A stretch of DNA of 64,000 nt from Dehalococcoidia bacterium (lineage in GTDB: Bacteria; Chloroflexota; Dehalococcoidia; SpSt-223). The DNA lies in NCBI GenBank assembly GCA_046328265.1, contig JAXLWW010000001.1, forward strand, positions 565,414-629,413, given 5' to 3'. The notes under the pieces were generated by a model. That model saw only the letters and a program-made list of their open reading frames with translations, was not told where the DNA came from and did not search any database. The position numbers were made by a program, and so were the translations under genes. Below are positions 58,797 through 64,000 of this stretch, piece after piece; the first letter of the stretch is position 1; the number at the start of each line of letters is the position of its first letter.

Positions 58797-59960
58797 GTGG
58801 CGTTTCGTCTTGCGCCAGTCGCGCTTTTGGCCGTGCTTCTGCTCTCAGTGCTTCTGGTTAGCGCCCCACGCTCCAGCAGCGCCGACCAACCGGTTCGAGC
58901 CGATGGGCCCGTCCTGATCTTCCGAGAGCGCGAATCGGCCGGCCCGCTGTTCATTCCGCCACCGGCCGCGCCCGGCGATCTCCGACCAATGGCCGCCTCG
59001 TTCCAGGTAACCTATACCGGCTTCACCCCGGAGGCGCGCGCCGCTTTCCAGTACGCGGTTGATATTTGGGCCAGCCAACTGAATTCGGCGGTGCCGATCG
59101 CCGTCGATGCCCAGTTTACGCCGCTTCAGCAAGGCGTATTGGGATCAGCACGGGCCTTCGACTACTGGGCGAATTTCACCAACGCACCACGGACTCAAAC
59201 CTTCTACCCGGTTGCTTTGGCGAACAAACTCAGCGGAACCGACCGTGCGGGTTCGGACATTGTCACGAGGTTCAATTCCAACTATCCGGACTGGTACTTT
59301 GGCACCGACGGCCGCCCCGGATCAGAACAGTTTGACTTCGTCTCGGTTGTGTTACACGAATTGGCCCACGGTCTTGGCTTTGCGGGGTCCGCATTTGAGG
59401 ATTCGGGAGCATTTTACTACGGGCTGACGAACGATTGGCCGATCATCTACGACCGCTATGTCCGGAACGCGGCGGGAAACCCGATCCTCAGCTTTCCGAG
59501 TGGTTCGGCCGCGCTTGGAAGCCAGTTGACCGGAGGCAATCTCTTCTTCAACGCCCCGGCAACCAACGCAGCCAACGGCGGCGCACCGGCAAGGCTCTAT
59601 GCTCCAAGCCCGTGGAGGCAGGGGTCGAGCTATTCTCACCTCGACGAAACAACCTTCGGCCGGGGCACGGTCAATTCTCTCATGACCCCGTTCATTGGTA
59701 GAGGCGAGGCGATCCACAACCCCGGGGCGGTCACCCTTGCGATGCTCGGCGATATGGGCTGGGTGGCGGCATCCTCGACGCCGACCCTCACGCCGACAGC
59801 GACTGCCACTGCTCGCTCCCTCCAGGCGCTCTCAGTCGTTGTCCGGGACCTGCGGACCGCTACGCCAACGGTGACGGCGACGCGCACCGTGACGCCGACG
59901 TTGACCGCAACGCGGACGGTTACTCCGACCGCCACCCTCACTCGCACGCCGACCCCCTAA
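58797..59960 (+). CDS. Secreted HExxH zinc-metallopeptidase-like protein with a C-terminal Thr/Pro-rich repetitive tail.
   Basis: Signal peptide MAFRLAPVALLAVLLLSVLLVSA. VVLHELAHGLGF (HExxH). C-terminal TPTVTATRTVTPTLTATRTVTPTATLTRTPTP encoded by ~27-bp tandem DNA repeats (59800-59950). Confidence 0.55.
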   Translation: MAFRLAPVALLAVLLLSVLLVSAPRSSSADQPVRADGPVLIFRERESAGPLFIPPPAAPGDLRPMAASFQVTYTGFTPEARAAFQYAVDIWASQLNSAVPIAVDAQFTPLQQGVLGSARAFDYWANFTNAPRTQTFYPVALANKLSGTDRAGSDIVTRFNSNYPDWYFGTDGRPGSEQFDFVSVVLHELAHGLGFAGSAFEDSGAFYYGLTNDWPIIYDRYVRNAAGNPILSFPSGSAALGSQLTGGNLFFNAPATNAANGGAPARLYAPSPWRQGSSYSHLDETTFGRGTVNSLMTPFIGRGEAIHNPGAVTLAMLGDMGWVAASSTPTLTPTATATARSLQALSVVVRDLRTATPTVTATRTVTPTLTATRTVTPTATLTRTPTP

Positions 59961-60298
59961 CTGGCGACAACGACCGGCGCCGAAGCTCAGTGAACCTGCG
60001 CATTGCATCTGGTGGCTGAGCGCGAATTGCGCGCCGTTCATCCCGGTGAGTGTTTGGACGCCGGTCGGGCGCGACGTGGCGCCTGTTCTCGGCACCCTGC
60101 GGGGGTGCGCGGCCGGCAGATGGGACACCCGCCAAGGTTCACGGCGCCGGCTGCTTCGCAGTCCTTCTGAGCAATGCTTGCTGGGCATCGCAATCGGTTC
60201 GCTTGGGCCAGGCAGCCGCGGCCAGGCGTCGCGCGGCGCTTTCTGGTATGAAATGGCAAACCGGTAGAGGCCGGCAATCTTCGGATAGAGGGAGCGCC

Positions 60299-60721
60299 AT
60301 GCCGAAAGCAAAGCGCATCGACCACGTGAGTATTGCAGTCCCATCGCTCGACGAGGCATTGACCTTCTTCGACGGCGTCTTCGACGTCAAACGCGAAAAG
60401 GTCAAGTTCTTCGAATCAGCGGACTTCTACGGCGCGATATTTCACGTGGGAGAGAGCAAGTTTGAACTGCTCGCGCCCAAAGGGGAGGATAGTTTCCTCC
60501 ACCGGTTTCTGGAGAAGGGCCCAGGATTTCACCACGTGACCGTGCAGGTGGAGAGCCTGGCGGCAATGCGAGAACGGCTGAATGAACTCGGCATCGCCAC
60601 CTTCGGCGGCAAAAAGGCCACCGGCGGCTTCGACGAGACGTTCATCCACCCGAAGAGCGCGTACGGCGTCCTATTCCAGATCATGGAAGAGGTCTGGGAG
60701 GATATCGCCGAGCAGGAGTAG
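60299..60721 (+). CDS. VOC (glyoxalase/bleomycin-resistance/dioxygenase) family protein, possibly methylmalonyl-CoA-epimerase-like.
   Basis: IDHVSIAVPSLDEALTFF...FHHVTVQVESLAAMRERLNELGI (paired beta-alpha-beta-beta-beta modules). SD GGGAG upstream. Confidence 0.7.
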   Translation: MPKAKRIDHVSIAVPSLDEALTFFDGVFDVKREKVKFFESADFYGAIFHVGESKFELLAPKGEDSFLHRFLEKGPGFHHVTVQVESLAAMRERLNELGIATFGGKKATGGFDETFIHPKSAYGVLFQIMEEVWEDIAEQE

Positions 60722-61210
60722 TTATTTTGGCTGGAGGTCAAACGAGATGACTTTCCAGTCACTCCCGCTCTGGCGGAGTTCCAACTCGACGGTGCCGGAT
60801 TTGCCGGATTTAAAGGTGCCGGTGCCGGACCAGGTTGCAACGCCGTTGTTGATATTGCGGCTGGAGAAGGACCAGGTGGCTGGCTCGGCTTGACCGCGCG
60901 TAACCAACTGCTGGAACTGGTTCACGTTGCCAACCTCGCGCTGGAGCGCCGGGTCCATCATGCCGTAGGCCTTCTGCCAGTTGCCGTCGCGCATTGCCGA
61001 CAAGAAGTCGTTCGATACCGTATCGACCGGGCCAAACGCCGCGCCGAGGCCAACCGCCGTCAGCCCGCCGATTGCAAAGAACCCACCCACGCAGACCACA
61101 CACAACAGCAGGACAGCGCACCCGCCGCCGATCAGCAGATTGCGATTGCGGTTGGAACGTGGTGGTGCTGGAGGAACGCCCGGATTCGCCGCGCCGTAGT
61201 CACCTTGCAT
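60722..61210 (-). CDS. Hypothetical membrane-anchored protein (single N-terminal TM, extracytoplasmic domain).
   Basis: ORF with one TM helix (LLIGGGCAVLLLCVVCVGGFFAIG) and a ~110-aa soluble domain. No family recognised. Confidence 0.4.
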   Translation of the reverse strand: MQGDYGAANPGVPPAPPRSNRNRNLLIGGGCAVLLLCVVCVGGFFAIGGLTAVGLGAAFGPVDTVSNDFLSAMRDGNWQKAYGMMDPALQREVGNVNQFQQLVTRGQAEPATWSFSSRNINNGVATWSGTGTFKSGKSGTVELELRQSGSDWKVISFDLQPK

Positions 61211-61298
61211 CCCATCCCCCTAGGTATCCGGCGCTTCCGGCCGGTCGTTCGCCCATTCTAGGCAAAACAACGCTTGGAATGTGCAACTCGGTTCCCCA

Positions 61299-63095
61299 TT
61301 AGGCGCCTACCGGCGTAATCTCGCGAAACTGGCGGCGGTGGAGGTCGGCGTACAGACCGTCGGCGGCAAGCAGCGCGTGGTGCGTGCCTTGCTCGACGAC
61401 CCGGCCGCCGTCAATCACGAGGATCAGATCGGCGTTGCGGATGGTGCTCAGACGGTGAGCGATGACGAGGCTGGTTCGGCCACGCAGGATTTGGGCAACC
61501 GCCTGCTGGACCAGCGCCTCGGTTCGGGTGTCGATCCGGCTGGTCGCCTCGTCGAGGATCAAGATACTCGGCTCGGTCAAGATCGCTCGAGCGAAGCTGA
61601 TCAGTTGGCGTTGTCCGTTGCTGAGCGAGCGTCCGCCTTCGGTCACCACGGTGTCGTAGCCGGCGGGAAGCCGCTCGATGAAGCCATCAGCATGGACCAC
61701 GCGCGCCGCCTCTTTGATTTCCTCGCGTCCGGCGGTCGGGCGTCCAAAGGCGATGTTCTCGGCGATCGTTCCGCTAAAGAGAAACGGGTCCTGCAGCACC
61801 ACGGCGATGTTGTGGCGAAGGTCATCTCGACGTATCTCTCGCACGTCGATCCCGTCAACACGCACAGCGCCGTGCGAGACATCGTAAAAGCGCGGTACCA
61901 ACGAAGCGATCGTCGTCTTCCCGGCGCCGGTCGGGCCGACGAGCGCGATCGTTTGTCCAGCGGGGAGCGTAAAGCTTATGTCTTTAAGCACCGGCTGGCC
62001 TGGCACATACTCGAAGGTGACGCGGTCGAATGCGATCTCCCCTGCCAGCCTGCCCACCGTTGTGGCGCCTGGCGGGTCGGGCGCCTGACCGGGCTGATCG
62101 ATCAACTCGTAGATCCGTTCGGCCCCGGCGAGGGCTGGCTGAACCTGAGCCGCCAACTGGCTGACGATCTGGATCGGTCGGAAGAATTGCTGGACATAGA
62201 GCAAGAACGCAGCAACGACCCCGACCGCGATTTCGCCGCGCAGCGCGAGGTATCCGCCAAAGCCGATCACGATCGAGATGCCCAGCGTGCTCAGCACGTC
62301 AATCGCCGGGGTGAACGCCGAAGTAATTGCCGTCGCTTGGACGTTCGCGTTCCGGTTCGCGGCGTTGAGCTGGCGAAACCGGTCCACGTTCTGCTCGGTC
62401 CGGTTGAAGGCCTGGGATTCTCGGATGCCGGTAATGTCTTGCTCAAGCACCGCCGAGACATCGCCAACCGTCTTGCGGGTCTTCCGGTAGGCACGCCGCG
62501 CCCGCCGGGTAAAGAGGCGGGTGGTGAGCGCCATGATCGGCATGACTGGCGCGCATGCGAGCGCCAATCGCCAGTCCAGCACGGCCATCGCGACCAACGT
62601 GCCAGCGAGACCGAAGAAGACGCTCAAGACCTGGCTGAGGCCCGGTCCGAGCAGGAGGTTGAGCGTCTCCATGTCATTGACCAGCCGGCTCTGGAGATCA
62701 CCGGAGGCGTGGCGGTCGAAGAAGGCAATCGGCAACCGTTGGATCTTGCCAAACACTCGGGTGCGCAACGTCGCCATGACGCCTTGACCGATCCTGCCGA
62801 TCGTCACCAACTGGCCGCGAACCGCCAACAGCCCGAGCAAATAGCTCGCCCCGAGTGCGAGGGTGAATTGAACCAGCCGTCCAACATTCTGGTTGGCGAT
62901 CATGTCGTCGATCGCCACGCCGACGATCCAGGGACCGACCGCGGTCATCGTACCGCTCACCAAAGTCAAGGCCAGCAGCCAAAGCAACGACCTGCGATAG
63001 GGCGGTAGTTCGCCGAGCAAGCGACGAAACGCCGCGCTCCGTCGACGCGCCCGCTCCTCCGAGGCCTGAGCGACCTGCTCGATGCCGCCCCACAT
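61299..63095 (-). CDS. ABC transporter ATP-binding/permease protein (type I exporter half-transporter, MsbA-like).
   Basis: 6-TM domain plus NBD with Walker A GPTGAGKTT, signature LSNGQRQLIS, Walker B ILILDEATS. Confidence 0.9.
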   Translation of the reverse strand: MWGGIEQVAQASEERARRRSAAFRRLLGELPPYRRSLLWLLALTLVSGTMTAVGPWIVGVAIDDMIANQNVGRLVQFTLALGASYLLGLLAVRGQLVTIGRIGQGVMATLRTRVFGKIQRLPIAFFDRHASGDLQSRLVNDMETLNLLLGPGLSQVLSVFFGLAGTLVAMAVLDWRLALACAPVMPIMALTTRLFTRRARRAYRKTRKTVGDVSAVLEQDITGIRESQAFNRTEQNVDRFRQLNAANRNANVQATAITSAFTPAIDVLSTLGISIVIGFGGYLALRGEIAVGVVAAFLLYVQQFFRPIQIVSQLAAQVQPALAGAERIYELIDQPGQAPDPPGATTVGRLAGEIAFDRVTFEYVPGQPVLKDISFTLPAGQTIALVGPTGAGKTTIASLVPRFYDVSHGAVRVDGIDVREIRRDDLRHNIAVVLQDPFLFSGTIAENIAFGRPTAGREEIKEAARVVHADGFIERLPAGYDTVVTEGGRSLSNGQRQLISFARAILTEPSILILDEATSRIDTRTEALVQQAVAQILRGRTSLVIAHRLSTIRNADLILVIDGGRVVEQGTHHALLAADGLYADLHRRQFREITPVGA

Positions 63096-64000
63096 CAGAC
63101 CGTTCCCCCGCTAGGGACCGGCTCCGACAAGAGTTGCGAGCCGAGAATGTCGTTGTAGAGTTGGCTTTCGTCGAGCAGTTCCTCGTGGGTGCCCGACGCG
63201 ATGAGTCGGCCGCTTTCGAGCAGCAAGATCCGGTCGGCGTCGCGCACCGTGCTGATCCGTTGAGCAATCACGAAAACGGTCGTCTGCTTGTCGTTCATCA
63301 GGTTGTCCATCGCGGCCTGGATCTTTACCTCGGTGGCCGCGTCCACCGCCGAGGTGCTGTCGTCGAGGATCAGCAGCTTGGGCCGCACCAGCAAGGCACG
63401 GGCGATGGCGATTCGCTGTTTCTGGCCGCCAGACAGACCAACTCCGCGGTCGCCAATCGTCGTGTCATAGCCAAGCGGTTGCTCGCGGATGAACTCGGCG
63501 GCTTGAGCCGCCCCGGCGGCGGCCTCGATCTCGGCAGCGGTCGCGTCCGGCTTACCGAAGGCAATGTTGTCGCGAATGGTGCCGCGGACCAGTTGGGTGT
63601 CCTGCATGACGATGCCGATCTGATCGCGCAGGCTGGTGAGGGTCACGTCGCGAAGGTCGTGACCATCGATCCGAATACTGCCACTGGTCGGGTCGTAGAA
63701 GCGCGGGAGCAAATTGACGACCGTGCTCTTCCCTGACCCGGTTGCCCCGAGGATCGCCACCGTTTGGCCCGGCTCGACGACGAAGCTGAGATCGCTCAGG
63801 ACTGGCCGCTCGTCTCCTGGATAGCGAAACGAAATCTGGTCGAATTCAACCCGGCCATCGATCGGCGGCATGACAATCGCACCTGGCTTGTCGGCGACGT
63901 CGATATCCGATTCCAGCACCTCGAAAACGCGGATCGCCGATGCGTCCGCCCGCGCCGCGGCCACCGACAGGAAGCCAAACGACAGCACCGGAAAGAGCAG
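63095..64000 (-). CDS. ABC transporter ATP-binding/permease protein (partner half-transporter). N-terminal TMD continues beyond the window end.
   Basis: NBD with Walker A GATGSGKST, signature LSGGQKQRIA, Walker B LILDDSTSAVD. The frame stays open to the window edge. 1-bp junction with the downstream partner suggests a heterodimeric exporter. Confidence 0.85.
   Translation of the reverse strand: MLFPVLSFGFLSVAAARADASAIRVFEVLESDIDVADKPGAIVMPPIDGRVEFDQISFRYPGDERPVLSDLSFVVEPGQTVAILGATGSGKSTVVNLLPRFYDPTSGSIRIDGHDLRDVTLTSLRDQIGIVMQDTQLVRGTIRDNIAFGKPDATAAEIEAAAGAAQAAEFIREQPLGYDTTIGDRGVGLSGGQKQRIAIARALLVRPKLLILDDSTSAVDAATEVKIQAAMDNLMNDKQTTVFVIAQRISTVRDADRILLLESGRLIASGTHEELLDESQLYNDILGSQLLSEPVPSGGTV

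Overview
High-GC (~68%) bacterial chromosomal window, most consistent with a Chloroflexi/Thermomicrobia-like organism: T-box leader on pheST, short EF-Ts, and a tmRNA tag ending NTNYALAA. The 5' end (1-5.9 kb) holds a type III CRISPR-Cas effector cassette cut by the window edge: cas10(HD)-cas11/csm2-csm3-csm4-csm5. There is no CRISPR array, cas6, cas1/2 or CARF ancillary gene adjacent. Cas10 carries a GADD variant of GGDD and has no Cys zinc finger. csm5 is broken inside its Cas7 hallmark motif. The rest of the window is mostly housekeeping: tRNA-Thr/tRNA-Tyr, smpB plus tmRNA (ssrA), hisS, prfA-prmC, a sigma-70 factor, lgt, pheST with a T-box leader, and rpsB-tsf-pyrH-frr-uppS-cdsA-dxr. Around these are LLM-class oxidoreductases, acyl-CoA dehydrogenases, a heterodimeric ABC exporter and secreted hydrolases. 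Five further things stand out. (1) A solitary Cas6-like RAMP gene is translationally coupled to aceE, about 17 kb from the csm genes. (2) A tight same-strand cluster of two divergent NuoL/NuoN-like antiporter-type subunits and a small membrane protein lies upstream of aceE. (3) A ~5 kb segment starts at the 3' end of ssrA, is bracketed by two copies of a 33-bp GC-rich hairpin repeat, and holds an FAD oxidoreductase broken by two frameshifts plus a decayed IS66 transposase. (4) pheS has a Phe-type T-box leader whose terminal helix covers the start codon. (5) There is a two-domain alpha/beta-hydrolase-LuxR fusion and an LLM/SBP/LLM cluster. No CRISPR array was found anywhere in the window.
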